Positions 36,500-51,317 of a stretch of 64,000 bases of DNA are shown in pieces. Below the pieces are notes generated by a model that saw nothing but the letters and a program-made list of their open reading frames with translations, had not been told where the DNA came from and searched no databases. The stretch spans positions 4,464,001 through 4,528,000 of the forward strand of contig CATNEN010000039.1 in the NCBI GenBank assembly GCA_950097015.1. Reading direction: 5' to 3'. The position numbers were made by a program, and so were the translations under genes. The DNA comes from Macrostomum hystrix (taxonomy: Eukaryota; Animalia; Platyhelminthes). Every line of letters starts with the position of its first letter. Within the stretch, counting starts at the first letter, position 1.

Positions 36500-37447
36500 T
36501 AAGACTGAGAACTGGATTGATCAGACTGAGAACTGGATTGATCAGACTGAGAACTGGATTGATCAGACTGAGAACTGGATTGATCAGACTGAGAACTGGA
36601 TTGATCAGACTGAGAACTGGATTGATCAGACTGAGAACTGGATTGATCAGACTGAGAACTGGATTGATCAGACTGAGAATCAGATTGATCAGACTGAGAA
36701 CTGGATTGATCAGACTGAGAACTAGATTGATCAGACTGAGAACTGGATTGATCAGACTGAGAACTGGATTGATCAGACTGAGAACTGGATTGATCAGACT
36801 GAGAATCGGATTGATCAGACTGAGAACTGGATTGATCAGACTGAGAACTGGATTGATCAGACTGAGAATCGGATTGATCAGACTGAGAACTGGATTGATC
36901 AGACTGAGAACTGGATTGATCAGACTGAGAACTGGATTGATCAGACTGAGAACTGGATTGATCAGACTGAGAACTGGATTGATCAGACTGAGAATCGGAT
37001 TGATCAGACTGAGAACTGGATTGATCAGACTGAGAACTGGATTGATCAGACTGAGAACTGGATTGATCAGACTGAGAACTGGATTGATCAGACTGAGAAC
37101 TGGATTGATCAGACTGAGAACTGGATTGATCAGACTGAGAACTGGATTGATCAGACTGAGAACTGGATTGATCAGACTGAGAACTGGATTGATCAGACTG
37201 AGAACTGGATTGATCAGACTGAGAATCGGATTGATCAGACTGAGAACTGGATTGATCAGACTGAGAACTGGATTGATCAGACTGAGAACTGGATTGATCA
37301 GACTGAGAATCGGATTGATCAGACTGAGAACTGGATTGATCAGACTGAGAACTGGATTGATCAGACTGAGAACTGGATTGATCAGACTGAGAACTGGATT
37401 GATCAGACTGAGAACTGGATTGATCAGACTGAGAACTGGATTGATCA
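36500..37447. repeat. 21-bp minisatellite (GACTGAGAACTGGATTGATCA)
   Basis: Direct periodicity. Confidence 0.96.
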
Positions 37448-38132
37448 ATAGTTGAGGTGCAGCATTTTCCAGAATGGCAGATGGCATGTTTGACAGCTTT
37501 CCCTGTCTGCTCATTGGAATTGTGCTCAGACTGATCAACGCGGCTGACAAGCCGTTTGAGCACTGCTCATCAGAAACTCATCGCGCCGGAAGGCAGTTTT
37601 ATTGAGTGCAAAAATTCAATAAAAATGATTAGAGAGATCGAAAATATATAGATTGAGGAGAATGAAATGGGGAGAGACACATTTAGGCCTCCAATTTCCC
37701 TAAGCTCTCACGCCTGGACCTGTCAGTCATTCTTGGCTCCCGTCTGTCAATTCAGCCCATTTTTGCATCACCTGCCCCGGCTCCGATCCAATAAGGCCTC
37801 ATCCGAGAGAGAGAGACAATTCCCCGCGCCACTCTCACCAGAAGAGCTGCGACTCAAGGCAGAAGTGGTGTGTGTGTGTGTGAGTGAGTTTGTGTTTCTG
37901 TGTTAGTGTGGTTTTTGAGAATTTCAGAAACGCACAGTGCGTCGATGAATTAAAAAAATACGCAGGTTTTTACTTTTTGTCGCCAGAATAATGTAAAGAA
38001 GATAGGATGGATGGACTGTGTGACTATGTTTTATTTATTTGGTCACACCGCGCCACCATCCGTTTCTCTTGGAAATTGTCAAAGCTAGTGGCTTCATCAG
38101 CTAGCACATGGGTAGGCGGTTTCTCAATTGGA

Positions 38133-38480
38133 GGGGAGAGAGGAGATGGCAGAGAGGAGAGAGGAGATGGCAGAGAGGAGAGAGGAGATGGCAGAGAGGA
38201 GAGAGGAGATGGCAGAGAGGAGAGAGGAGATGGCAGAGGGGAGAGAGGAGATGGCAGAGAGGAGAGAGGAGATGGCAGAGAGGAGAGAGGAGATGGCAGA
38301 GAGGAGAGAGGAGATGGCAGAGAGGAGAGAGGAGATGGCAGAGGGGAGAGAGGAGATGGCAGAGAGGAGAGAGAAGATGGCAGAGAGGAGAGAGGAGATG
38401 GCAGAGGGGAGAGAGGAGAAGGAATAAAGGTGAGAAAGAAATGAGAGAGAAGGGAGAAAGGAGAGAGGAGAGAGGAGAGT
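38133..38480. repeat. 21-bp purine-rich minisatellite (GAGAGGAGATGGCAGAGAGGA)
   Basis: Direct. Confidence 0.94.
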
Positions 38481-39049
38481 CTAAAGATAATAATTTTAAA
38501 CTTTTATAACAACCGATTCTTATGCGAAATAAACCAATACACAAATTGAGAACAATGGGACCAGATGACTCACTCCCAAGTCCCAGCTGAGCGTGAAATT
38601 CGTCAAGCTACCGCTCTCCGACTCGCATTCCTATCGAATTCCATTGTGCTGCAATTTATGCCAGGTGTAATAGTGTTGCAGGCCAGGCTGTGATCATTAT
38701 TATAATCATTATTAGCCTTGTTATTATTTCTTCAAACACTTGATGCGCACTGCAACGGGACGTTGCAACAGCGCCGACATTCATCACAATGGTCAGGGCG
38801 GCAACAACAATAGGCTGGCCATTCGAATGGGGTTGGATTGCTGAACCAAACCTCAAATTAGCCACCCATTGCCGCGTCCAGTTGTCTCGTTGCCGGGCGC
38901 CCCCACCCCATTTGGTTGCGACCGCTTCCATTGTGATTCAATTCGGTTTTGGTCTTTTGATTATCGAACTCTGTCTTTGCAGGGAAAATTTCTCGCCTAA
39001 ACAAAATTTCTTGCTCTCCGCATTAACTGGCCAAGGTTTTGGCTTTTCA

Positions 39050-39910
<861 letters not shown>

Positions 39911-40799
39911 TCATTTGCTTGATGAGTTGCTGGAGGCCATCGAGGTTGAGTCAAGGTCTAGAATTATTGTTCCCCAAGCCGAGAACTCACCGAGGCATTG
40001 CCAGTTCAGACCTACAGCTGTGCTCTCTAATGATGTGAACTGTTAGAATCACCTACAGCATGTGTTGGGTGGGCTGAGGCACAGTTGAGAAGCAATTGTT
40101 GCTACCTGCTTAAGAAAGTAATCACAATAGTCGTAGGTGAGGTGTTGAGGTGGGCCTTAGTTCGCGTCAATTGACTGGCGGAGGGGGGTGGGCTAGCCTG
40201 GAAAGCTCAGCGAAACAGAAAATTGTGAGATGGGATTTTCTCTGAGTTCTGTTGGGAAATGGAAGCGATGAGCAGTGTGTGAGACCATGGGAGAACAGGC
40301 AGTGAGCAGTCGGGCTGCCAAGTCAGGCGAGCTAGATAAGAAGGCTGGTTATCTACGGCAGATGGACAGGTGTGAAGTGAGGGCTTAACTGATAAATCAA
40401 TAGTGATGAGAATTTTTCGTTCCATGCCAAATCTTTTGTTTCATTTCCATTAAATTGAAGATTCAGATTTTCTGAATTGCTCAGCTCAAAAGCTCAGTTT
40501 TGATTTTCTGAGAGTACCGCTATTTAAAACTGGAGTCAATATTTGAGTAGTGTCCAGTGAGCGAAAGTTGCTGCTGCAGCTGAAATCTCATGGGGTGCAT
40601 TGGTAGATCCATGTAAACTGTTAGTTGTGTAGCTGAAAATTTAATCCAGTAACCATGCGGCTTGACATTGCGGACAAAGGGACAGCGGCGGAAATCTGAA
40701 ACTGAAACTCTGGCCCAGATACAAGTAACTGGGCAAGGAAGACGAGACGAAGAGCAAAGAGACACGGACTGACAGACGGACAAATAGACTGACAGACGG

Positions 40800-41532
40800 G
40801 ACACAGAGACAAGGAGACAGAGACAGAGACAGAGACAGAGATAGAGACAGAGACAGAGACAGAGACAGACAGAGAAAGAGACAGAGACAGACAGAGACAG
40901 ACAGAGAAAGAGACGGAGACAGAGACAGAGATAGACAAAGACAGACAGAGACAGACAGAGAAAGAGACAGAGACAGACAGAGACAGACAGAGACAGAGAC
41001 AGAGACAGAGACAGAGACATACAGAGACAGAGACAGAGACAGAGACAGAGACAGAGACATACAGAGACAGACAGAGAAAGAGACAGAGACAGACAGAGAC
41101 AGAGACAGAGACAGAGACAGAGAGGGAGACGGAGACAGAGACAGACAGAGAAAGAGACAGAGACAGAGAAAGAGACAGAGACAGAGACAGACAGAGACAG
41201 ACAGAGAAAGAGACAGACAGAGACAGAGACAGGCAGAGACATACAGAGAAAGAGACAGACAGAGATAGAGACAGACAGAGACAGACAGAGACAGAGACAG
41301 ACAGAGACAGACAGAGACAGACAGAGACAGACAGAGACAGACAGAGACAGACAGAGACAGACAGAGACAGACAGAGACAGAGACAGACAGAGAAAGAGAC
41401 AGAGACAGAGAAAGAGACAGAGACAGAGATAGAGACAGACAGAGACAGAGGCAGAGACAGACAGAGACAGAGACAGAGACAGAGAGGAGACAGAGACAGA
41501 GACAGACAGAGACAGACAGACACAGACAGACA
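40800..41532. repeat. (GAGACA)n/(GACA)n compound microsatellite
   Basis: Direct. Confidence 0.94.
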
Positions 41533-42035
41533 AGGCCGCGGGCAGCACAAGTAGCAGGCTCGGAGCTCACAGGTTTGGCTGAGAAAAGCATATCCAAGGT
41601 GCGGGTTAAGAGATGAAGCTTTCAGCCTCAGCAAAGTCCCCCAGGGTACAGGGAGGTCGGGGCAGGGAGTCGCTCAGGCTTTCACTTGGTTGCATTTCAA
41701 CAAAAACAATCGGCCTGGTCGGGTTGCCCCCAGGTCAGGTTGAATTTTTGATGGCGCCACCGACCCGGATTAAAAGTTGAAAAAGGGATTAACACCGGCG
41801 CCTCCCAGAGGGGCTGCCGGAGGGATGCATGCACACATAGCGCTATCAGTTAATTATCTTTCATCCTCAAATCTTCCTTTGATGGCTATAATTCTGAGAT
41901 TTGCGGGATCTCAGCCTCATCGTGATGACACACACGCTCTCTCTAAAGCTAGCTTTATCTATCACTCGTGACGCAACTGATTCTGGTAGCACCTGAAATA
42001 TTTGGTCCATTCCCAGTCTCCAGGGGCGAACTCAC

Positions 42036-43679
42036 GTGACAATGGTGCAGCGGCACGATGCAGTCGCCGCGAGAGTACAGAGACGCGTGTGACACCTTCA
42101 GCCGACTGTCCAGAGCCTCCAGCGGCAGATGATCGCCGGCCGCCATCGGCGATTTGGCCCGACGATCGCCGGACGCATCTTCGTCGCTAGCGGCGGCTGC
42201 GGCAGCCGAACTCGGGCAGCACTTTGCGCCGATGCCGCCGCGGCCATTGGAATACAGGCGGTTGCCGGCTGCCGAGCCCAGGCGCCTCCTCGTGTGCCAG
42301 ATGGACGCCATCAGGATGCAGGACAGCACGAAGGTCACGGAGCAGATCACGATGATCAGCAGGAAGTTCATCTCGCTGGCTGACAGGCCGGAGGCCGTTG
42401 CCGGCGGCGCCGAGTCGTCCACCAGCAGCACCAGGCGGGTGGTACGCGTCATCGGCGACTCGCCAGAGTCGCTGACCAGCACCTTCAGCTCGTAGCGCCC
42501 GATGTCGGATTTGGCCAGCGGGCGTCGCACAAAGACCCCGCCATTGCCGGCGTGGACGCTGAAAAGATCGGCGCTCCGACCGCCTGGGACGATGCTGAAG
42601 GCCAGCCGGGCGTTCCTGCCGAGGTCATTGTCAACGGCGTCTATGGAGCAAACGACGGATCCTGGGCGTGTTTGGTAGGACAGGCTGGCTGTGTGGTTCG
42701 CCAGGCTGGGCCAGCGCACCTCCGGCGCGTTGTCGTTGACGTCCTCGACTCGAATTGTCACGGTGGCGCTTCCGTTGAGTTGCGGAGTGCCGCCGTCCGT
42801 GACCACCACGCGGATGAAGTAGCGGTCTTGGGCCTCCCTGTCGAGACGCTGGGCTACGTAGATTCGACCATCGCGATCGACGCGGAAAGCGCTGGCGGCC
42901 GCGTTTCCTTCGGTGGCCGGCGTGACGACAACCCGGCCGTTCTGGCCCTCGTCCATGTCTGTTGGCTCCAGCTGGCCAACCAAGTCGCCGATGGCAGCCG
43001 ACTCCGGGACGCTGAAGTCGAGCTTGGTAGGATCGTCAAAGCTCGGCGCGCAGTCGTTGATGTCGCTGAGGCCGATGAATATCGACAGGCTGGTGGACAG
43101 GCGGGGGCTGCCGTTGTCCGCTGCCACAATGCTGAAGCTGTAGGACTCCTGGGTCTCGCGGTCCAGTACAGCGGCGGCCACAATGGTGCCATTGTCGAGC
43201 ACCCGAAAGAAGCGCGAAATGCTGGCGGGCTCCAGCCAGTAGGTGATGCGCGCGTTTTCGCCAACGTCTTCGTCGGAGGCGGGCATGCTCAGAATGAAGC
43301 TGCCGGGCTGCCCGCCCTCCTGGATGTTGATGCGATCCTGGCTCCAGTTGAAGCGCGGCGGGTTGTCGTTCCGATCCAGGATGGTCGCGTTGACAATCAG
43401 CTCCGTCAGCTGCGGTGGCGCCCCGCGGTCCTGGCAGCGGACGGTCCACAGTTTCCTAGAATCCTTCTCGCGGTCGAACACAGTCGAGGTTGACAGAACG
43501 TAGGACTTCGGGTCCTCCTGACGCAGCTGGAGGTCCGGCTGCATCGAGGCGCAGGTGACGAGCCCTGCCTCGCCGGCGTCCTTGTCCTCGACTGACATCA
43601 GCGCGAATGGCCGGTTCGGTGGGTCTAACTCGGCGATTTCCACCGGGCTGGCGAAGCCTTTGATGCCATAGACTGTCAC
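42036..43679 (-). CDS. Delta-type protocadherin, exon encoding EC4-EC7, TM and proximal tail
   Basis: Cadherin motifs (FDRE, LDRE, DRNDNPP, DINDCAP, DVNDNAP) and TM FLLIIVICSVTFVLSCILMASIW; acceptor TTTCAG at 43680; donor CAC|GTGAGT at 42035. Confidence 0.93.
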
Positions 43680-43730
43680 CTGAAAGCAGGATTGCAGCAG
43701 CAGCGCTAATACTCTAATTGGGGTCATGAC

Positions 43731-43796
43731 CCGTGGCAAGTAGCCGTGGCAAGTAGCCGTGGCAAGTAGCCGTGGCAAGTAGCCGTGGCAAGTAGG
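43731..43796. repeat. 13-bp tandem repeat (CCGTGGCAAGTAG) x5 inside the 252-nt protocadherin intron
   Basis: Direct. Confidence 0.9.
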
Positions 43797-43931
43797 CTTT
43801 GGGGCTTGTCGTTCAATTCTCGCCCTTGAAAACCGACCCCAAAGACACAGTGGGAGTGCACACTGCGGGACAAAGAGAATCAAATGATGAGGCAGTGCCC
43901 ACAGAAGACTTTTGGTTATCCTAGGACTCAC

Positions 43932-45047
43932 CGTGGGCCGATTGTCGTTGACATCCTTCACCAGGACGCGCATGACGCACTCGGCTGAGAGGGGCCGCTG
44001 TCCGGAGTCCCTGACCAGCACAGTCAGCTTGAAGCCGGTGACGCTTTCGTAGTCAAGACGACGCGCCAGTCGCAGCGTGCCATCTTCCGGGTTCAGCTCG
44101 AAGGTGCTCAGGTAGGCAGCCTCGTCGGCCGGGCTGTAGTCGCGGCCCCGCTGGTCCTGGTCGATGCTGACGCTAACGCTGTACTGCAGCTTGGCGTTCT
44201 CACCGATGTCAGCGTCAGTGGCGACAATGTTGGCCAGGACGGTGCGAACCGGAGTGTCCTCGTCTCTGTTGATGTCCGAGCAGCCTCGCTGAATGACTGG
44301 CGGGCTGTCATTGTCGTCAAGGACGCTGACGGTGAGGCTGAGGGTGCCGGTGTTGGCGGGTGTTCCAGAGTCGACCGCGCGCAGCTGCAGAGCAAAGACG
44401 CTCTGGCGCTCTCGGTCCAGGCGCTGTAGCAGCCGCAGCGAAGGCGCTGCGCCCGGACTGGAGACGAGCTCGAAGACGCTGCCGACTGAGCCATCGCCTG
44501 ACACGAGCTGGTAGCCGCCCGTGCGGATGCCGTTGGCCGGCGAGTCGCGATCGGTGGCTGCCAGCAGGCGAAAGACGTCGCCAACATTGCCGGGCTCCAG
44601 GATGCTGAGAGTCTGGCTGGCCTGCGCGAACTCCGGCGCACAGTCGTTGCTGTCCAGGATGGTCAGGTTGACATTGACCAGTGCCACCAGGCTGGAGCCG
44701 ACAGTCACAGAGTACTGCAGCTGGCCGATGCAGTCGGCGAGCCCGGCGCAGACGGACTCCCGGTCCAGCCGGCCGGTCAGCAGCAGGTCGGCTCCCTGGC
44801 TGACGGAAAGGAGGCCGCCCAGCCGCAGGCTGTGCTTGCCGGCGTTGAAGCGCGCGCTCTGGCGGAAGGTATCGTTCCAGCCGCTGGCCAGGCCGGTGTC
44901 GGTCAGCAGGTTGCCAACAATCAGTGGCGGAGTGCGCTCCTCGTTCAGCTTGTAGGAGACTCCGGCCCGCGTAAGCCCGGCTGCGAGCGGCGCCTCCAGG
45001 AGCAGCGGCAGCAGCAGCTGCAGCAGCAGCAGCAGCAGGGTTCTCAT
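43932..45047 (-). CDS. Delta-type protocadherin, first coding exon (signal peptide and EC1-EC3)
   Basis: MRTLLLLLLQLLL signal peptide; EC1 has the protocadherin LDRESVC..C pattern; DSNDCAP, DDNDSPP, DVNDNRP; donor ACG|GTGAGT at 43931. Alternative in-frame ATG at 45083. Upstream acceptor TTTTCTCTAG at ~45598 suggests a spliced 5'UTR. Confidence 0.93.
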
Positions 45048-46926
45048 TGTGAAACTGGTCGTGCTATCAGGCCGAATCTGCATGGGAAAGTTCAAGAATT
45101 TTTGTTGCCGCCTGTTTTCTATGAAATAATTCTTGCAGTCGGTAAGAGTCGGCTGAGTGGGGCTGCAGTTCGAGTCTCTAACACACTTAGCTTGGACGGA
45201 TGAGACCTAATAGAGCAGATCGAAAGCTTCTGGTCCCAAAGACTCGCATAAGGGAGCAATCAGGAGTCTTTCTTCCCTCACTGTTGGGGCTTATTTTAGC
45301 CCCAGAGGGGATCGAAGAGTGTGAGATGATGGATGAGCTGGATTGGACGGGCGGAGTTCATGCCGAGGTTTTTAAAGGCAGCGTATAGAGTAACGGAGCC
45401 TTGAGAATGAGTCCATTCACTCGCAGCCCAGCTGCTAAGGGAAGGAGGGGCTGAGGTCGGCCTGTGATTGGCTGTGGCTTTTCTCTAGTCCCAATTTTTA
45501 ATCGCCAACAAAGTGTGCTCAAGCAACAAGTGTGAGAGTCAACTAGCATTTGGTGCTGATCAGTCGATCAATCAGCCGAGTCTGGGCTCCATTTGCTAGA
45601 GAAAAAAAACAAAATTTTAGTCTAAGAAGATTCTTAAAATTTAATTCAAGATTTAGAAATTCGTCAATTTGATGTCGAGTAGGCGATTTTCATCTACTCA
45701 ATTGAGCACAGCTTGGGCTTGAGAATGACCTCGATGAGATCATAAAGGCAGCGACGAGCTTAACGAGGCAAATAATGATGGCAGCGGGTCTGACCCTGCG
45801 TGGCCCCAGAGACAGCCGGATGTCCAGACGCTTAGAAACACACACGCACAGGAGGTGAAAGCATTGCGACATGTAATGACTCTGTGCTTTTTTTAACAAT
45901 AAAAACATCGGAAGAACCCCGTTCCTTCTTCTTCTTATCAGCCATCGTTTTTTTGACCTCTGCCTCTCGGTCCCCTCTCTGCCTGGCTACAAAACAGCTC
46001 TGCCTGATTAAATAGTCACCGTCCGGGATTAATTCCCTGCGACCACCGGGGAATCCGGGCCACGGTGAGCGGGCCTAGCAGGGTCAGGGGTTATGTAACA
46101 GGCGCGGAGAGTCGCCGTGCGCTGGTCGGGCCAGAATGATGCTTATCAAAACTTGCAAGATGCGTGCAGAATTTCCATCAAGAAGGGCAGTCGCATCTGC
46201 AGCCGCTGCCGCTGCCGCTGCCGCTATGGATTTCGCCCAGTTTCAAAGCTAAGCATCTAATAAATCCCCTTTAAAACTGACACTAAGCCACAGCTCCCAG
46301 GCTCCACTGGTTCACAGGTCATCTGCTTATTTCTGCTGATAAGGCTGATATTTTAAGAGGCCATCTCCGGATTTGCTGGCGTGACATTTCAGGTTTATGG
46401 AGGCATCTGAATAGGGCTTCGGTGTTGCTGACAATGTGAAAGCGGTGGATAATTCTGTTTTGTTAAAAGGCAACATTTCGGCTCACTTGGGGGTTGAATG
46501 GCGTCTCAAAATTTGACAGCTGAGTTGACTATTAGCCGGCTTCTCGTGTAGCATACTCAGCTATACTCAGCCGCTCAGCAGGTGACAAAAACCCATTAGC
46601 TGAAGACAAGACAAAGCCTTCTTGGTGGAGCAGTTTGCTATTAGAAGCTTGTCTAGGAGAAATAGCCTGATCTACCTTTGAAATAGTTGAGTAAGTTTTA
46701 CTTTCTTCACTGTTGAGTAAAGACGCACTGAGGTGTGATTGCATCTCAAAAAGTCGACAGTTTTAATGTAGGAAAAAAGTTCAGTGAGCCTTTTTTATGA
46801 TGCTTGATGCCATAGTTTGGCACTGAGAACCTTGGCCGGCAACTTTGGGAGACCGTGACAGCCTTTGGGGGCCATTAAGCATTGCTGTTTTTTGTACAGA
46901 CCTGCTTTTAAAGTCCTTGAAAAACT

Positions 46927-47585
46927 GAGCTGTATCTAACAGGAACATGGCTGTGCCTAACAGGAACTGGGCTGTATCTAACAGGAACATGGCTGTGCCT
47001 AACAGGAACTGGGCTGTATCTAACAGGAACATAGCTGTGCCCAACAGGAACTGGGCTGTATCTAACAGGAACATGGCTGTGCCTAACAGGAACTGGGCTG
47101 TATCTAACAGGAACATAGCTGTGCCCAACAGGAACTGGGCAGTGGTTAACAGGAACTGGGCTGTATCTCACAGGAACATGGCTGTATCTAACAGGAACAT
47201 GGCTGTATCTAATAGGAACATGGCTGTATCTAACAGGAACATTTCTGTATCTAACAGGAACATGGCTGTATCTAACAGGAACATAGCTGTATCTAACAGG
47301 AACATTGCTGTATCTAACAGGAACATAGCTGTATCTAACAGGAACATTGCTGTATCTAACAGGAACATGGCTGTATCTAACAGGAACATGGCTGTATCTA
47401 ATAGGAACATGGCTGTATCTAACAGGAACATTGCTGTATCTAACAGGAACATGGCTGTATCTAACAGGAACATGGCTGTATCTAACAGGAACATGGCTGT
47501 ATCTAACAGGAACATGGCTGTATCTAACAGGAACATTGCTGTATCTAACAGGAACATGGCTGTATCTAACAGGAACATGGCTGAA
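46927..47585. repeat. 21-bp minisatellite (GCTGTATCTAACAGGAACATG)
   Basis: Direct. Confidence 0.95.
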
Positions 47586-47944
47586 GGCCAAAAAATATCT
47601 GTGCAAAAATCTGCAGCACTTTGGTAATTCATTTGAGTTTCGCTGCTTATGCAACAGATGAGATTAAGCTATCAATGTGATATTTCCACACACTGCACTC
47701 AGTTCAAACTGGAGCATCTGAAATCCTACTCAAAACTGAGCAGGCTAAGTGGACAGCGAGAATCGCTTGGAAAGTGCCTTGTTGTTAATGGCCAGATGAG
47801 ATGGGCGAGTGCAGCTTAGGATAAAAGGACAAAGAAAAGGCCTGGTGGATAAAGGCTGGTGAAAATGAGTGGCGGACGCGAGTATTGAATGTGATGATGG
47901 CCCGAATGGTTTGAAATAAAAGGCTTGGCTCAAATAGCACAGAG

Positions 47945-49028
47945 GAGATTGGGACGATGGGAGATTGGGAAGATGGGAGATTGGGAAGATGGGAGATTGG
48001 GAAGATGGGAGATTGGGAAGATGGGAGATTGGGAAGATGGGAGATTGGGAAGATGGGAGATTGGGAAGATGGGAGATTGGGAAGATGGGAGATTGGGAAG
48101 ATGGGAGATTGGGAAGATGGGAGATTGGGAAGATGGGAGATTGGGAAGATGGGAGATTGGGAAGATGGGAGATTGGGAAGATGGGAGATTGGGAAGATGG
48201 GAGATTGGGAAGATGGGAGATTGGGAAGATGGGAGATTGGGAAGATGGGAGATTGGGAAGATGGGAGATTGGGAAGATGGGAGATTGGGAAGATGGGAGA
48301 TTGGGAAGATGGGAGATTGGGAAGATGGGAGATTGGGAAGATGGGAGATTGGGAAGATGGGAGATTGGGAAGATGGGAGATTGGGAAGATGGGAGATTGG
48401 GAAGATGGGAGATTGGGAAGATGGGAGATTGGGAAGATGGGAGATTGGGAAGATGGGAGATTGGGAAGATGGGAGATTGGGAAGATGGGAGATTGGGAAG
48501 ATGGGAGATTGGGAAGATGGGAGATTGGGAAGATGGGAGATTGGGAAGATGGGAGATTGGGAAGATGGGAGATTGGGAAGATGGGAGATTGGGAAGATGG
48601 GAGATTGGGAAGATGGGAGATTGGGAAGATGGGAGATTGGGAAGATGGGAGATTGGGAAGATGGGAGATTGGGAAGATGGGAGATTGGGAAGATGGGAGA
48701 TTGGGAAGATGGGAGATTGGGAAGATGGGAGATTGGGAAGATGGGAGATTGGGAAGATGGGAGATTGGGAAGATGGGAGATTGGGAAGATGGGAGATTGG
48801 GAAGATGGGAGATTGGGAAGATGGGAGATTGGGAAGATGGGAGATTGGGAAGATGGGAGATTGGGAAGATGGGAGATTGGGAAGATGGGAGATTGGGAAG
48901 ATGGGAGATTGGGAAGATGGGGGATTGGGAAGATGGGAGATTGGGAAGATGGGAGATTGGGAAGATGGGAGATTGGGAAGATGGGAGATTGGGAAGATGG
49001 GAGATTGGGAAGATGGGAGATTGGGAAG
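47945..49028. repeat. Near-perfect 16-bp minisatellite (GGGAGATTGGGAAGAT), ~67 copies
   Basis: Direct; almost no internal variants. Confidence 0.97.
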
Positions 49029-49611
49029 AGGGTATAAAATTCAGAGTGGATAAGTGGATAAGGATAAGAACATCCAAGTTAAAAAAGAACAGAGACAAAA
49101 ATAGTAATGAATCTCAAAGTCGGAAGGCCTCAACACAGGCGGTGATCCCAGAGATCCCAGAGATCCCAGAGATCCCAATCCGCATGTGATCCCAAGCTCG
49201 GTGCACACTCAGCATTAGCCCGGCAACTGCCGCAGCCTTGGCTAAGCCCGCCTTCGCGCACAAATAGCTAGCCGGCCAGCCTCCTTTTTCCTAGAAAATC
49301 CCAGCAATATCCCAGAGTAAATACCGCGGCACTGGAGCCCTGAATTTGGGATGATGGGCTTAGCCAGACTGACCGGTTTGAGACAGTTCATTCCCAGATG
49401 GGATATCGATACGCCAGGCACTGCGAAAGCCCCCGTGACTGCAGAAGGTCTTTGGCTTGCGGCCGTGCAGGGATGCTGCAATTATCAGCACTTGATCTGC
49501 GAGGGCCAAGGAAAGCCGAGGCGGAGGAGTTAGGGCCCGGATCTCCCCTTCATGTTTTTATTTGACTTCCCTTGACTACAAAAACACAGGCAGGATCAAT
49601 AAAAAGACCAA

Positions 49612-50305
49612 AAGACAAGGGAAACAGGGAGAGACAGACAGGGATAGACAGGGATAGGCAGGGATAGAATGAGAGACAGACAGGGAGAGGCAGACGGAGA
49701 GAGACAGGGAGAGACAGAGGGAGAGACAGACAGGGATAGACAGGGATAGGCAGGGATAGAATGAGAGACAGACAGGGAGAGGCAGACAGGGAGAGAGACA
49801 GGGAGAGACAGACAGGGATAGACAGACAGGGAGAGACAGACAGGGAGAGACAAACAGGGAGAGACAAACAGGGAGAGACAAACAGGGATAGGCAGGGATA
49901 GAATGAGAGACAGACAGGGAGAGGCAGACAGGGAGAGAGACAGGGAGAGACAGACAGGGATAGACAGACAGGGAGAGACAGACAGGGAGAGACAAACAGG
50001 GATAGGCAGGGAAAGGCAGGGATAGAATGAGAGACAGACAGGGAGAGGCAGACAGGGAGAGGCAGACAGGGAGAGACAGACAAGGAGAGAGAGACAGGGA
50101 GAGACAGACAGGGAGAGACAGACAGGGAGAGACAGACAGGGAGAGACAGGGAGAGACAGACAGGGAGAGACAGACAGGCAGAGAGAGACAGGGAGAGACA
50201 GACAGGGAGAGAGACAGACAGGGAGAGAGACAGACAGGCAGAGACAGACAGGGAGAGACAGACAGGGAGAGACAGATAGGCAGAGACAGACTAAAAAGAG
50301 ACAGA
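49612..50305. repeat. Purine-rich compound repeat (GACAGGGAGA/GACA)
   Basis: Direct. Confidence 0.92.
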
Positions 50306-51317
50306 TAGAGCAACAGACAACGGAAAGAGTGGGATTAAATTGAAAAGCAATTAAGCAAACACTTTGATTTAGTGTCGGATTGGTTTCAATTTGAAGCAAA
50401 GCAAAAAATGGCAAAAGGACCAAAGATCAAAGAAGGATTTCACGCAAGCACACACCTGTTCTATATTTTTCCCAACTTTTCAGTCTAGCATGTCCCATTT
50501 CCCAATGGAAGGTGTTGGGTGTCAGGTCTTTCACACCGGGTGGGTGGCTAGGTGCCTCTGCAATTAAAAACCCAAAGCCGTTGTGTTTCGGTTCAGACGC
50601 CTCGGGCAATGCTCTGGTCGGTGATACGTTAAGGAGAGAGACACAGAGATCATTTGAAGCGGAAACTCATATTCGTCACTTTATTGAGGCTCATTGCTGA
50701 GGGCACAAAGCGGCACACGACCTACTATTTTTGTTATCTCAAAGTTAGACTAATTTTTGCAGCTCCGGGTTTCAACCGAGTCCATAGCAACAGTCCCGGC
50801 ACTTCAAACGTATTATAGGACACAGCCTTGCCGGGTTTGCCAACGGATGATGAGAATTGGGGCCTGATCCTCACCACACGTCCACTCAACAACGGTGGCG
50901 CTAATCCGCATCCTGTGTCACACAGGCCAGGATTAACAGCAAATGTCACTTGGCGCAGGCTGAGCACAACACTCACCAGTGTGCTCAAACCCTCGGGGCA
51001 ATTTGAGCAGCCCTCCCTCACCTCACCGCCCACCTCACCGCCACCACCAGCAGCCGCCGCAATGGACTAATTCGATGGCGGAAGAAATGAATGAGGCGCC
51101 AGAGTGGATGAATGAGCGAATGCTTCTGGCTCTGCTCCTGAAAGCAACCACGCAGAGGCATGGAGAAATGACCGAATAACGGGACCACCTGCAGATTGGC
51201 ACTCTTGCTTCCGCCTGGTCTGATCCCCGTCTTGGCATCTCGATTTTTCCCCTGCAAGTCTAACATCCTCTTTCGATTTCTCCTCTTTTTTTTATTGTGC
51301 TCTCCTCATTCTGCCTC

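Noticed and set aside
36283-37563. 426-aa Ser-rich ORF (SSSQSDQ)n and similar long ORFs at 11417, 22888, 24966, 39039, 40520, 47785, 57709 and 62519
   Set aside because: Translations of stop-free tandem repeats in introns or intergenic DNA, usually open in several frames and without coding flanks.
42129-44955. Long plus-strand ORFs antisense to the protocadherin (and to GCAT at 16918-17316)
   Set aside because: Expected shadow ORFs of GC3-rich coding sequence.
41955-45095. Single-exon 1046-aa protocadherin as given by the ORF track
   Set aside because: It includes a 252-nt intron with canonical sites and non-cadherin sequence, and runs past a strong donor at 42035; the spliced model fits better.
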